NCBI GenBank assembly: GCA_963697975.1
Contig: OY969111.1
Span: 1,665,764 to 1,729,763 of the forward strand
DNA from: an uncultured Acidobacteriota bacterium
Lineage (GTDB): Bacteria; Acidobacteriota; Blastocatellia; Pyrinomonadales; Pyrinomonadaceae
DNA: 64,000 bases
Reading direction: 5' to 3'
A program made the translations under genes and the position numbers. Of the stretch, positions 17,957-27,630 are shown piece by piece. Each line of letters starts with the position of its first letter. Position 1 is the first letter of the stretch. A model generated the notes under the pieces. The model searched no databases. It saw nothing but the letters and a program-made list of their open reading frames with translations, and was not told the DNA's origin.

Positions 17957-18677
17957 AGGAAGCACGCGTCAACGCGATTCGGAAACCTCTGAAGTCACGG
18001 TTGTCAGAAGCTCACAACCCGGAGACGATGCAGGATCGTTTGTCGAGCGCGAGACCAGGCGGCGCAAGCGACTGCTAAGATTTTATCTAATGCTGCTGAT
18101 TATTCCGGTGGCGCTCGCGATTGTCGTTCTGGTTTACGGGCGCTCCGACCGCCGTGTGGTGATGGACGAGATCAAGGCACAAGCTCCGCCCATCGTGCAG
18201 CGAGAGGTGGGCGAGCAGATCAGGCCGACGATTGAGACTGAAGTGCAAAAACAGATCAGCGAGCCGCTCACGCAGATTGACACTAAAATCAATGAGGTCG
18301 CCCAAACGAAAGTTTCGCAGGAGGAGATAAACAAGATTCAAGGTGAGAACGCGGCTCTCAGGAATGATTTGAGCGTCAAGATAGATGAGGTGGATAAATC
18401 GAAAGCCTCGCGAGAAGAGGTGACGAAGACGGTCAAGGACGGGAACGAGGCTATCAGGAATGAAGTAAATAATAGATTCGTTCAATCGAGCGTTTCGCGC
18501 GAGGAGATAGATAAGCTCCGACAAGAGAACGAAGCACTCAGGACTGAATTGAACACCGTTAAGAATGGTCTTGAAAGAAGAATGCAGGCGTTACAACAGC
18601 GGGTTATTTCGCTCTCTAATGATCGAATCAGAACGGATGAGATAATCAGACCGCAACCACAAAGACCTCCGCGATAA
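17940..18677 (+). CDS. membrane-anchored coiled-coil protein with internal repeats
   Basis: ATG overlaps the upstream gene by 17 nt. One N-terminal TM (LLRFYLMLLIIPVALAIVVLVY). Then repeated S.EEI.K...ENaALR.eL heptad-rich motifs. Confidence 0.5.
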   Translation: MSQVDEGSTRQRDSETSEVTVVRSSQPGDDAGSFVERETRRRKRLLRFYLMLLIIPVALAIVVLVYGRSDRRVVMDEIKAQAPPIVQREVGEQIRPTIETEVQKQISEPLTQIDTKINEVAQTKVSQEEINKIQGENAALRNDLSVKIDEVDKSKASREEVTKTVKDGNEAIRNEVNNRFVQSSVSREEIDKLRQENEALRTELNTVKNGLERRMQALQQRVISLSNDRIRTDEIIRPQPQRPPR

Positions 18678-18755
18678 AGTGCCTCCGGCATTGACAATCC
18701 TTAAACTGAAAATGCACCCTCTCAGTTATTCTTCATAGCAAGAGGCGGTGCGCTG

Positions 18756-20105
18756 TTGGACGAAGCAATCAGCAAAAGTGTCGGGCCGGAGAGACCTTCG
18801 GGCTATCTTGAGTTGCTTCGGAGCAATCGCAATTTCCGTCAACTCTGGCTGGGACAGGTCGTCAGCCAACTCGGCGACTGGTTCAATACGATGGCGCTTT
18901 ACGCGCTGCTGCAAAGCCTGACCGAGAAGTCAGGACGCGCTATCGGCCTCGTACTCGTCGCACGTTTTCTTCCAAGCTTCATCGTCGGGCCATTGTCGGG
19001 TGTGGTAGCTGATCGTTTCAGCCGCCGCACAATCATGATCGTGTCCGACATCCTGCGGGCAATCGTCGTGCTGGGCTTTCTGCTCGTGCGCAAGCCCGAA
19101 CACGTCTGGCTCGTCTATGCCCTGACCATCCTGCAACTCGTCTTCTCGACCTTCTTCGAGCCTGCGAAGACGGCTGTCATTCCGTCAATCGTACAGGAGC
19201 GCGAACTGCTCGCCGCCAATGCAATCTCATCCGTCACGTGGTCGGTGATGCTCACGCTCGGCGCGGCGTTCGGCGGCTTAGTAACGGGCTGGTTCGGGAC
19301 AAACGCCGCGTTCGTTCTCGATTCGCTGACTTATCTTTCTTCGGCGCTGCTCATTGCCAGCGTGCGTTTCCCGCGTCGCCCGGCGCGCGTCAAAAGCAAA
19401 CTGACAATCAGTAAAGCGCTCGGCATCACGGACACGCTGGAAGGCGCGCGTTACGTCTGGCAGCGCCCGCGCGTGTTTGCGTTGATGATGGTGAAACCGG
19501 CGTGGGGCGTGGGCGGCGGCATCCTCACATTGCTCGCCGTGTTCGGCGAGAAGATTTTCCCCGTCGGGGGCAAAGCCGCCATCGGCATCGGCGTTCTCTA
19601 CGCGGCGCGCGGCATCGGCACGGCCATCGGTCCTATCGTCATGCGCCGCGTTTCAGGCGAGACGCGCGAGAGTATGGAGACATACATCGGCGCGGCGTTT
19701 CTCATCGGCGGCGTCGGCTACATGGCCTTTGGCGGCGCAACCAGTTTCGTGCTGGCGATTATCGTCTTGATGTTTGCGCACGCTGGCGGCAGCATTCTCT
19801 GGGTCAACTCGACGGTGCTCTTGCAGCGCGCCGTCGAAGACAACTTTCGCGGGCGCGTCTTCGCCGCCGAACTGGCCCTGTTGACGCTCGCGATGGCCGC
19901 CTCGAATTACGCGACCGGAGAACTCTTGGACCGCTTCCAGTTCTCTCCGCGCACGGTCACCATCTTTATCGGAATCTTCTTTCTCATTCCCGGTCTGCTC
20001 TGGTTTGCGACCCGGCGCTGGTGGAATAATGGGCGAGGCGAAGAAGCGCAGGAAACGATTGAAACGAACAAGCGATTTGAGGAGACTGCCGAAGCGGCGA
20101 GGTGA
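18756..20105 (+). CDS. MFS transporter
   Basis: 449 aa with 12 predicted TM segments and MFS-like motif distribution. Start codon uncertain (TTG at 18756). Confidence 0.75.
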   Translation: MDEAISKSVGPERPSGYLELLRSNRNFRQLWLGQVVSQLGDWFNTMALYALLQSLTEKSGRAIGLVLVARFLPSFIVGPLSGVVADRFSRRTIMIVSDILRAIVVLGFLLVRKPEHVWLVYALTILQLVFSTFFEPAKTAVIPSIVQERELLAANAISSVTWSVMLTLGAAFGGLVTGWFGTNAAFVLDSLTYLSSALLIASVRFPRRPARVKSKLTISKALGITDTLEGARYVWQRPRVFALMMVKPAWGVGGGILTLLAVFGEKIFPVGGKAAIGIGVLYAARGIGTAIGPIVMRRVSGETRESMETYIGAAFLIGGVGYMAFGGATSFVLAIIVLMFAHAGGSILWVNSTVLLQRAVEDNFRGRVFAAELALLTLAMAASNYATGELLDRFQFSPRTVTIFIGIFFLIPGLLWFATRRWWNNGRGEEAQETIETNKRFEETAEAAR

Positions 20106-20113
20106 TCGGCAGG

Positions 20114-20620
20114 ATGACAAAGGTAGAATACGTTATTGACAGGATGGAGACGGGCGAGTGGGAACAGGTGCGCTCAGTTTATCTGGAAGGCATCCTGACC
20201 GGACAGGCCACGTTTGAGACGGAAGCACCGGATTGGGAGAGATGGGATTCGAGCCACCGGCCTGAGTGCAGGCTCGTCGCCAGACGGGGCGAGGCGTTGG
20301 CGGGGTGGGCGGCGCTGAGCCTTGTTTCAGGCAGGCGCGTTTATTCAGGCGTGGCGGAAGTGAGCGTCTACGTGGCAGAAAGTTTCAGAGGCTTGGGCAT
20401 CGGCCTGAGCTTGCTGGGCGCGCTCATCAGTTGTTCGGAGCAACACGGCATCTGGACTTTGCAGGCAGGCATACTTCCGGAGAACGAGTCGAGCCTCGCA
20501 CTTCACAGGAAATGCGGCTTTCGTGAAGTCGGAAGACGTGAGCGGATTGGAAAGCTCGCGGGAACTTGGCGGGATGTCGTCCTGCTTGAACGCAGAAGCA
20601 AAATCGCGGGTCAGGAATGA
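20114..20620 (+). CDS. GNAT N-acetyltransferase (phosphinothricin/methionine-sulfoximine acetyltransferase-like)
   Basis: PAT-family N-terminus (VYLEGILTGQATFETEAPDWERW) plus a GNAT core. Overlaps the MFS stop. Confidence 0.7.
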   Translation: MTKVEYVIDRMETGEWEQVRSVYLEGILTGQATFETEAPDWERWDSSHRPECRLVARRGEALAGWAALSLVSGRRVYSGVAEVSVYVAESFRGLGIGLSLLGALISCSEQHGIWTLQAGILPENESSLALHRKCGFREVGRRERIGKLAGTWRDVVLLERRSKIAGQE

Positions 20621-21174
20621 AGATTAAAGTCGGCGTCATGGGTTCTGCTGATAACGCGCTCGCGGGCGGCGTGACGGACGAGGTGCGCGAGACGGGCGAG
20701 GCGATGGGGCGCGAGATCGCGGCGCGTGATTTGTTGCTGCTGACGGGTGCGACGACCGGGTTGACTTACATCGTCGGCAAGAGCGCACGCGCGGCGGGAG
20801 CGTTTCATCTTGGCATCTCTCCGGCGAGCAATGAGCGCGCACATGTTGAAAGATACGAATTGCCGCCCGACTCCTGCGACGCGATTATCTATACGGGCTT
20901 CGGACTCAAAGGCAGAAATGTCGTGCTGGTTCGTTCGTGCGACATAGTGCTTTTCATCGGCGGCTCATGGGGAACGCTCAACGAGTTCACCATCGCGCAT
21001 GACGAAGGGCGCGTGATGGGCTGTTTGACGGGGACGGGCGGCGTGGCTGACGAGGCAGAGCGCCTGCTCGAACTGTTTCCGAAACAAACCGAAGCCTGCG
21101 TTCTTCATGGCGACAACCCGGCGCGGCTTTTAGCGGCCTGTCTCGAAGCATTTGAACAAACAAGGAGAGCGTAA
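20617..21174 (+). CDS. TIGR00725/LOG-like Rossmann-fold protein
   Basis: KVGVMGSA ... LLTGATTGL ... GGSWGTLNEF pattern. ATGA overlap with the upstream GNAT gene. Confidence 0.6.
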   Translation: MKIKVGVMGSADNALAGGVTDEVRETGEAMGREIAARDLLLLTGATTGLTYIVGKSARAAGAFHLGISPASNERAHVERYELPPDSCDAIIYTGFGLKGRNVVLVRSCDIVLFIGGSWGTLNEFTIAHDEGRVMGCLTGTGGVADEAERLLELFPKQTEACVLHGDNPARLLAACLEAFEQTRRA

Positions 21175-21176
21175 AA

Positions 21177-21968
21177 ATGGATTTGGGAATACGTGGCCGC
21201 GTGGCGATTGTTGCCGCCGCGAGTCGTGGGATTGGCTTTGGCGCGGCGCTTGAACTGGCGCGCGAGGGAGCGCGCGTCTTTCTCTGCTCGCGCGATGAAG
21301 AGCGCGCCAGCGCCGCCGCCGAGCAGATAAGCAAGGAGACAGGCGTGGAAGTCACGGGCGTGCAGGCCGACGTAACAAAGGATGAAGACGCCAAGCGTTT
21401 TGTCTCTCTGGCTGAGGAGAGAGGAGGAAGAGTTGACATTCTTGTGACCAACGCAGGCGGCCCGCCCGCCGCGACGTTCGAGGAAGCAGACCTTGAAATG
21501 TATCGCAAGGCGTTTGAGTTAAACGCGCTTTCGGCCATACGGCTCGCGCAACTCGTCGTCCCCGGAATGCGCCAGCGCCGCTGGGGACGCATCGTCAACA
21601 TCACCTCCATCTCCGTCAAGCAGCCGATTATGGGCTTGCTGCTTTCCAACACCGTGCGCGCCGGGCTGACCGGCTGGGCCAAGACTTTATCCGCCGAAAT
21701 CGCCGCCGATAACGTGACGGTCAATTCCGTCGCGCCCGGCTACACGATGACCGAGCGACAGGATGAGCTAACCGAAGCGAAAGCTAAGGCTACGGGTAAG
21801 ACGAAAGAAGAATTGATGGAGATGAGGGCAGCGGAAATCCCCATGCGTCGCTCGGCATCCGTCGAAGAGATTGCGGCGGCAGTCGCCTTTCTGGCTTCCG
21901 AGCGTGCGTCTTACATCACGGGCGTCACGTTGCAGGTGGACGGCGGCTGGGTCAGAAGTTTGTACTAA
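21177..21968 (+). CDS. SDR-family oxidoreductase
   Basis: Cofactor-binding motif AAASRGIGFG. NAGG motif. AGGAGA RBS. Confidence 0.85.
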   Translation: MDLGIRGRVAIVAAASRGIGFGAALELAREGARVFLCSRDEERASAAAEQISKETGVEVTGVQADVTKDEDAKRFVSLAEERGGRVDILVTNAGGPPAATFEEADLEMYRKAFELNALSAIRLAQLVVPGMRQRRWGRIVNITSISVKQPIMGLLLSNTVRAGLTGWAKTLSAEIAADNVTVNSVAPGYTMTERQDELTEAKAKATGKTKEELMEMRAAEIPMRRSASVEEIAAAVAFLASERASYITGVTLQVDGGWVRSLY

Positions 21969-21999
21969 GGCGGACCTCCAACTCACGTTAAATCAAGCG

Positions 22000-22668
22000 A
22001 TGACCTCTGAACTACCGGAAGAAAAAGAGCCGGGCAACGTAATCGAAGTGCGGTTCGCGCACGCCGATGTAGCAGCAAGCGACCTGGCGCATCCGGCGTG
22101 GGAAGCGGCGCAGGTCGCGGCTATCAAGCGATACTGGTCGGGCGAGGATGCGCCGGTTGGCCGTCACGCGGAAGCACGCCTTCTCTGGTCGGACGCGGCG
22201 CTGTGCGTCAGATTCGTTTGCCGTCAAACCGAACCGTTGGTCGTCCATCCTCATCCGCAAACTGAGCGGAAGACGCTGGGCTTGTGGGATCGCGACGTGT
22301 GCGAGCTTTTCATCGCGCCGGACGGACGCGAGCCGGAGCGATACTTCGAGTTTGAAGCTGCCCCGACGGGCGAATGGCTCGACCTGATAGTTTGCCAGAA
22401 GTCGGACGTGCGGGAGACTGACTGGGAGTTTCATTCAGGCATGACCGTAGCGGCAAGCGTGCAGGCAAACAGTATCACGATTGCGATGCGAGTGCCGTGG
22501 AGTGCGCTGGGGCAAGTGCCGCAAGCTGGTGAGAGGTGGCGCGCCAATCTTTTCCGCTGCGTTGGTGCAGGCGCAACACGCGGCTACCTCGCCTGGCAAC
22601 CCACGCTCACCGACGAACCCGGCTTTCATGTGCCCGCAGCCTTCGGCTGGATACGATTTAAGGGATGA
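22000..22668 (+). CDS. carbohydrate-binding-family-9-like / DOMON-like hypothetical protein
   Basis: Weak family recall. The ORF continues the operon. The first ATG downstream of the SDR stop is used. Its stop codon lies in the first unit of the GGGATGA hairpin. Confidence 0.4.
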   Translation: MTSELPEEKEPGNVIEVRFAHADVAASDLAHPAWEAAQVAAIKRYWSGEDAPVGRHAEARLLWSDAALCVRFVCRQTEPLVVHPHPQTERKTLGLWDRDVCELFIAPDGREPERYFEFEAAPTGEWLDLIVCQKSDVRETDWEFHSGMTVAASVQANSITIAMRVPWSALGQVPQAGERWRANLFRCVGAGATRGYLAWQPTLTDEPGFHVPAAFGWIRFKG

Positions 22669-22809
22669 GGGCAGAGGGATGAGGGATGAAGTAAAGAAGA
22701 GAAGGCAGAAGGCAGAAAGCGGATGGCAGCAGACCTCAGCAGTTTACTGCCTTCCGCTTTGTGCCTTCTGCTTTCTCTTCTTTCATCCCTCATCCCTCAT
22801 CCCTCATCC
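22662..22809. repeat. heptamer-stem hairpin (GGGATGA class), about 148 bp, between convergent genes
   Basis: GGGATGAGGGCAGAGGGATGAGGGATGAAG ... CTTTCATCCCTCATCCCTCATCCCTCATCC. Inner arms GAAGGCAGAAGGCAGAAAGCGGATGGCAG / CTGCCTTCCGCTTTGTGCCTTCTGC. Confidence 0.8.
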
Positions 22810-22816
22810 TTGCTTT

Positions 22817-23260
22817 TCACCCTTTCGTCAACGTTTCGAGATAGGCGTTGAAGCGTGCGCGGTCTTCATTGCTCATCCAGATAATGTGGACCCCGATGAG
22901 GTATCCGGTATCCGCTCCGTCTTCTTCGAGGGGGGTGTAGCGAACGGGAGCAGCCTTGACATTGACCACGCTGGTGGGCAGCTTGAGGATGATTTCGAGC
23001 GTGCGGTTTTCGCCCGTGATGTACTGGCCGCCGATGCGTATGGTGGGCACGACGAGCGCCAACCCGGTCGCGCTGATGTCGCGCGTGTAGCCTGCCAGTT
23101 TCAACGGCGGCCCTGTTTTCTCACCGCCGGGCTTCGAGTGGGGCAGCGAGATGCTCAACGCCAGTCCCGCTTCGAGATGCGTCAAGTATCGCGGCGCGGC
23201 GCGACGGTTACCCACAATCTCGCGCAAGCGGCTCGCAATGGAACGTATCAACTCCGGCAT
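22817..23260 (-). CDS. PilZ-domain protein
   Basis: RxxxR (RRAAPRY) and DxSxxG (DISATGLAL) motifs of the c-di-GMP-binding PilZ domain. Confidence 0.6.
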   Translation of the reverse strand: MPELIRSIASRLREIVGNRRAAPRYLTHLEAGLALSISLPHSKPGGEKTGPPLKLAGYTRDISATGLALVVPTIRIGGQYITGENRTLEIILKLPTSVVNVKAAPVRYTPLEEDGADTGYLIGVHIIWMSNEDRARFNAYLETLTKG

Positions 23261-23403
23261 TTGGCTTCAAACCTCACAGACGCTTCCACACACCGCTCGG
23301 CGGCGATAAGGTAAATCGGGAGAGAGGGAAACCAGCTAACTAGCACGGAAACACAAAGTGAGGGACCGGGCAAGAAAAACATTCTAAAGGCAAAATGAAA
23401 AGA

Positions 23404-23472
23404 CGTAAATCGTGAATCGTAAATCGGAACAGCTTTTTTCCATTTACGATTCACGATTTACGATTTACGAAT
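23404..23472. repeat. heptamer-stem hairpin (AATCGTR class)
   Basis: CGTAAATCGTGAATCGTAAATCGG ... CCATTTACGATTCACGATTTACGATTTACG. Confidence 0.75.
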
Positions 23473-23475
23473 TCC

Positions 23476-24276
23476 TTACTTCACCCCCGGTGGCAGGACG
23501 AGTGGCTTTCCCCCGACATCCGCGCTGCGGAGTCCTGACTGATCCAGGAGGAAAGAGAAACGGCCTGTCCGCCCGTAGCGCGTGGGTTCGGCTCCGGCAG
23601 TCCAACTCTTGCCGTCTTTGGCGAGCGTCAGGCGAAAGCGATAGCCCATTGATTCGGGCGCTTCGATGTCTTTCGGGAGAAGTCCGGCGGTGACGAGCGT
23701 CGGGAAGTCTGCGTAAGTGTTGTTGTGCTGTGAGGCGTAAGCTAACTGCACAATGCTGATGCGTTGCAACATCGCCTGCACTTCGTTGTGATGCGTCTCG
23801 ATGCGCGCTTCAAAGAAGAACCTCTTCCCGGCCTTTTTGACAACCTCCTGGCTGTCACGATCTCCGACAATCCACCCGCTCGCGTCGCGCATCAAGGTGA
23901 CGGGTTCGGCCTGCGCGGTCTTGTCCGCGTCGGCGATCTTGACGAAGACGGTGGCGATGTCGCCGCTCGTCTGCTCGCCACTGACCTCAATTTTTTCGGG
24001 GATGGCCGCCGCCATCCTCTCGAAATCAGGACGCAACTCTTCAAGCTCTTCCGCGCTCAAGCCTGCAATCGCGGGCGTGTAGATCGTCAACTGGAAAGCT
24101 TCTGTGAACTTGCGTTCGCGCATCCGCTTGTAAAACTCGCGAACCGTTTCGGTCGGTGTGCGCGCCTGACTGTTTTGCGCGAAGCCTTCCCCGCCCGCAC
24201 ATGAAACGAGCACAAGAAGCGAAGCGATAAGCGTTGAAAGAAAGCGCAAATGATTGCTGGATGTAGAATAGTTCAT
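23476..24276 (-). CDS. putative lipoprotein, hypothetical
   Basis: Start moved to MNYSTS. Signal/lipobox-like LLVLVSCAG. The longer ORF extension covers an intergenic hairpin. Confidence 0.45.
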   Translation of the reverse strand: MNYSTSSNHLRFLSTLIASLLVLVSCAGGEGFAQNSQARTPTETVREFYKRMRERKFTEAFQLTIYTPAIAGLSAEELEELRPDFERMAAAIPEKIEVSGEQTSGDIATVFVKIADADKTAQAEPVTLMRDASGWIVGDRDSQEVVKKAGKRFFFEARIETHHNEVQAMLQRISIVQLAYASQHNNTYADFPTLVTAGLLPKDIEAPESMGYRFRLTLAKDGKSWTAGAEPTRYGRTGRFSFLLDQSGLRSADVGGKPLVLPPGVK

Positions 24277-24325
24277 AACCTGTCTTCTTAATTCAAGGAA
24301 CTTGCGATGCTTAAAAAGCAAAGGT

Positions 24326-24375
24326 GAAGGATGAAAGGATGCTGATTCAAATTTATTCAGCATCCTTTCATCCTT
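24326..24375. repeat. hairpin (GGATGAA class), perfect 19-bp stem
   Basis: AAGGATGAAAGGATGCTGA-ttcaaatttat-TCAGCATCCTTTCATCCTT. Confidence 0.75.
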
Positions 24376-24405
24376 ACATCGCTTCAGCCTTCATTCCCGG
24401 CTCTC

Positions 24406-27375
24406 TCACCCCTTTGTCGGTTTCGAGGCGAGCAGTTTCTCCCTGCCGACCAGATAGAGCACGAGCGTCAGCAGGGCAAAGGGTATGACCGATAGCAGGT
24501 CGGCATATTGCCCCTCGAAGAACGGGTTATTGCTCTTCGCCCATGTCTCTATGCCATGCGTCGTTTTGGTCAGGAATCCGGCCATGAACGCGATGACGAT
24601 TCCGGCAATCGCGCCGCCCGCGATATAGCCTGAAGCCATCAGCACGCCCGGACTCTTATCTCCTTCGGCGACCAGTTGATCTTCAGTCAGATTTCTATGC
24701 GCCAGTTTCTTACGCAGGTTGCGATCAACCAGCCAGCGCACCATTCCGCCGATGAAGATCGGAGCCGAAGATGATAGCGGCAGATAAACGCCGACGGCGA
24801 AGGCCAGCGACGGAATGCCTGACATCTCAAGCACGATGGCGATCATCACGCCGAGGAGCACCAATCCCCAGGGCAGCTTGCGATCCAGCACGCCCTTGAT
24901 GATGTATGACATCAAGGTCGCTTTCGGCGCGTCGAACTTCGCGACGGAAGATTCATCCGGCCTGTACTTGTGCGTTCCGTTGATGCCCGGATCAACGAGG
25001 TACTTGACGTTGCCCTGATCGTCAACCAAATAGCGTTTGGCATTTCCGCTGGCCTCGTCCGCTTTGAACCAGACGTTGTAGGTGCTGGCGTCGCCTTCAG
25101 CCTGCGGACCGGTCAGACTCTCTTTGGTCGTCAGCTTTGAGACATCCGTTCGCAGGTCTGCCGGAAAGTTGTGCGATACTCGGTAAGCGATTTGCCCGGC
25201 GTCGTTGACCAGGTATTCGCCGTCCTTGAGGTCTGCGGACTTGGGCTTCTCGCCGTATTTGAGAATACGGAAAGAGGGCAACGCTGCTCCGTCATAGACG
25301 GGAAGGTCTGTGACTTTGCGTCCGGTCTTGACGGCAGCGATTTCTGCGCTGACAGGCTCGGCCCGCCCGTCCTTGATTCTATAACCAATCTTGCGCGTCA
25401 ACTCGTCAACCAGATAATCGCCCGGCTCAAGCCCTGCGAGCTTCGGCTCTCCCGTGTAGCTGAAGAGACGAAAAGCAGGTCGCGTCGCTCCGCTGTAAGC
25501 CGGAAGGTCCGTTGCCTTCTTGCCCGTGTCGAGCGCGGCGGCGGTTTCGCCGACCGGCTCAGGCACGCCGTTCTCAACCTTGTAAACGATCTTCCCCGTA
25601 GACTCGTCAATCAGATATTCGCCCGCGCTCAGGTCTTTAAGCATCGTGAAGACACGATAGTTGCCCGCCTTGTTGGGCTTGACCTCGTTGCCGTAAGGCA
25701 CGGTCTCCGCTCCCGCCGGAAGAGTGACAGTCTTGTCGGGAGCCTCTTCGGAGATCATCGGCTCAAGCGTGGTGCGGGGGACGTAAACGGTTGCGGCATG
25801 ATTAAGACTCAACAGAATCGGCCCAAGAATCAGGGCTGATGCGCCAGCGCCGATGAGGATGGCTATCTGCTGAAACTTCGGAGTAGCGCCGACCAGAAAG
25901 CCCGTCTTCAAATCCTGTGAGGTCGTCCCGCCATTTGAGGCGGCGATACAAACGATTGCGCCGATGGAGAGCGCCGTGACGAAGTAGGCAGGGCCAGTCC
26001 ATCCGACCACCAGAAAGATCAGGCAGGTCAACAGCAGCGTGGCGACCGTCATCCCGGAAATCGGGTTTGAGGACGAGCCGATCTCGCCCGTCAGACGTGA
26101 AGACACGGTGACGAAGAGAAACCCGAAAGCGATAATCATGAACGCGCCGAGGATTGCCACTATCGGATTGATTTGCAGACCCAACTGCGGGAAGAGGACG
26201 ATGGCAGCCATCAGAGCGATGATTCCGATGAGAACAAACTTCATCGAAAGGTCTTGATCCGTGCGCGGCGCTGAAGCGCTCGCCGCCTGCCCGCCTCGCA
26301 AATCGCGGATGCCGCCCTTCAGTCCGTGCCAGATTGTCGGCAAAGAACGGAAGAGGCTGATGATGCCGCCCGCCGCGACCGCGCCCGCGCCGATGTAAAG
26401 CACGTAAGCGCCACGTATATCGTTCGGGTCCATCTCGCTGATGAGCTTGTCTCCCGGCGGGAGGACGCCCGTCATTCCCTCGCCGAAGAATTTAATCGCG
26501 GGAATCAGGACGAGGTAAGCCAGCACACCGCCCGCAGCCATGATCGAAGCGATACGCGGGCCGATGATGTAACCGACGCCTAAGAGAGCCGGGTTGACCT
26601 CAGCGCCCACCGAGCCTGACTTGAACGGCGTGCCGAAAACTTTTTCGGGAATCTCCTTCCAACCGTAGAGAGCTTTGTTGAGAACCTGATAGATAAAGCC
26701 GATGCCGAATCCGGCGAAGATTGTTTTCGCCCCGATGTTGCTCGCGCCAGCCTCGGCCATCTCAGCCTTCGCTTCAGGCGAAGCGGCAGCTTTCGATTCC
26801 TCGGAAGCTCCGACCTTGAGAACTTCCGCGCACGCCGTTCCTTCAGGATATTTCAGAAGGCCGTGCTGCTGGACGATCAGAGCGCGCCTCAAGGGAATCA
26901 TCATCAGGATGCCGAGCAAACCGCCAAGCACAGAGACCAGCAGCACGCGCGTCATTTCCAGATCGAAGCCCAGAATCATGATGGCGGGCATCGTCACACC
27001 GACGCCGAACGCGATTGACTCGCCCGCCGAGCCTGCCGTCTGAACGATGTTGTTTTCCAGAATGGTCGCGTTCTTCATGCCGAACTTCGAGAGCAGGCGG
27101 AAGAGCGTGATGGAAATGACGGCCACCGGAATCGAGGCGCTGACGGTCAAGCCGACCTTCAACACGAGATAGAGCGACGAAGCGCCGAAGACCATGCCGA
27201 GAAGCGTGCCGACAATCAGCGCACGCGGCGTCAGTTCGCGCATTACGGTGCGAGCCGGGATGTACGGAGTAAACCGGGCAAGATATGGATTATCCGGTTT
27301 AGCGCCGACAATGTCAGGATACTCGTTCGTCTTGGCAATGCCCGGATTGGCAGGGTCAAAGCTTTCAGTCGCCAT
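24406..27375 (-). CDS. OPT-family oligopeptide transporter with large inserted repeat-containing soluble domain
   Basis: 989 aa. OPT-like TM core. About 250 aa insertion with at least 3 repeats of the GEYL(I/V)D...G(K/Q)I.YRV pattern. Confidence 0.75.
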   Translation of the reverse strand: MATESFDPANPGIAKTNEYPDIVGAKPDNPYLARFTPYIPARTVMRELTPRALIVGTLLGMVFGASSLYLVLKVGLTVSASIPVAVISITLFRLLSKFGMKNATILENNIVQTAGSAGESIAFGVGVTMPAIMILGFDLEMTRVLLVSVLGGLLGILMMIPLRRALIVQQHGLLKYPEGTACAEVLKVGASEESKAAASPEAKAEMAEAGASNIGAKTIFAGFGIGFIYQVLNKALYGWKEIPEKVFGTPFKSGSVGAEVNPALLGVGYIIGPRIASIMAAGGVLAYLVLIPAIKFFGEGMTGVLPPGDKLISEMDPNDIRGAYVLYIGAGAVAAGGIISLFRSLPTIWHGLKGGIRDLRGGQAASASAPRTDQDLSMKFVLIGIIALMAAIVLFPQLGLQINPIVAILGAFMIIAFGFLFVTVSSRLTGEIGSSSNPISGMTVATLLLTCLIFLVVGWTGPAYFVTALSIGAIVCIAASNGGTTSQDLKTGFLVGATPKFQQIAILIGAGASALILGPILLSLNHAATVYVPRTTLEPMISEEAPDKTVTLPAGAETVPYGNEVKPNKAGNYRVFTMLKDLSAGEYLIDESTGKIVYKVENGVPEPVGETAAALDTGKKATDLPAYSGATRPAFRLFSYTGEPKLAGLEPGDYLVDELTRKIGYRIKDGRAEPVSAEIAAVKTGRKVTDLPVYDGAALPSFRILKYGEKPKSADLKDGEYLVNDAGQIAYRVSHNFPADLRTDVSKLTTKESLTGPQAEGDASTYNVWFKADEASGNAKRYLVDDQGNVKYLVDPGINGTHKYRPDESSVAKFDAPKATLMSYIIKGVLDRKLPWGLVLLGVMIAIVLEMSGIPSLAFAVGVYLPLSSSAPIFIGGMVRWLVDRNLRKKLAHRNLTEDQLVAEGDKSPGVLMASGYIAGGAIAGIVIAFMAGFLTKTTHGIETWAKSNNPFFEGQYADLLSVIPFALLTLVLYLVGREKLLASKPTKG

Positions 27376-27630
27376 CTGTTAAGTGACCTCCGACTTGGAT
27401 TCTTAAAACGGGGAGCGCATTGGGGATTGTTGCGCGCTTACTTTACATCCGTCCGAACGCCAGAAGCAAGCAGCTTTTCAAAAATATCCGGTTGATTTCA
27501 GAGCTTTTTGAGCCTCGCATTCGGGATTTACAACTTTTACCTTTTTCCTCGTGTCAGATTTCCATTACACTTCCCGCGACGGTCTTCCACTTTCCGGTTT
27601 CATCATTCATCTACAGGGAGCTTTCACCTA

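Noticed and set aside
19502-20029. 175-aa Arg-rich ORF inside the MFS transporter gene
   Set aside because: Alternative-frame artefact of GC-rich coding DNA. No start context.
21871-21999. 5' extension of the CBM9-like ORF overlapping the SDR gene by about 100 bp
   Set aside because: The SDR reading frame is clearly the real one there. I chose the first ATG after the SDR stop (22000).
23476-24363. Longer version of the lipoprotein ORF starting at 24363
   Set aside because: The extra N-terminal 29 codons are the GGATGAA hairpin itself. The signal peptide begins at the internal Met (24276).
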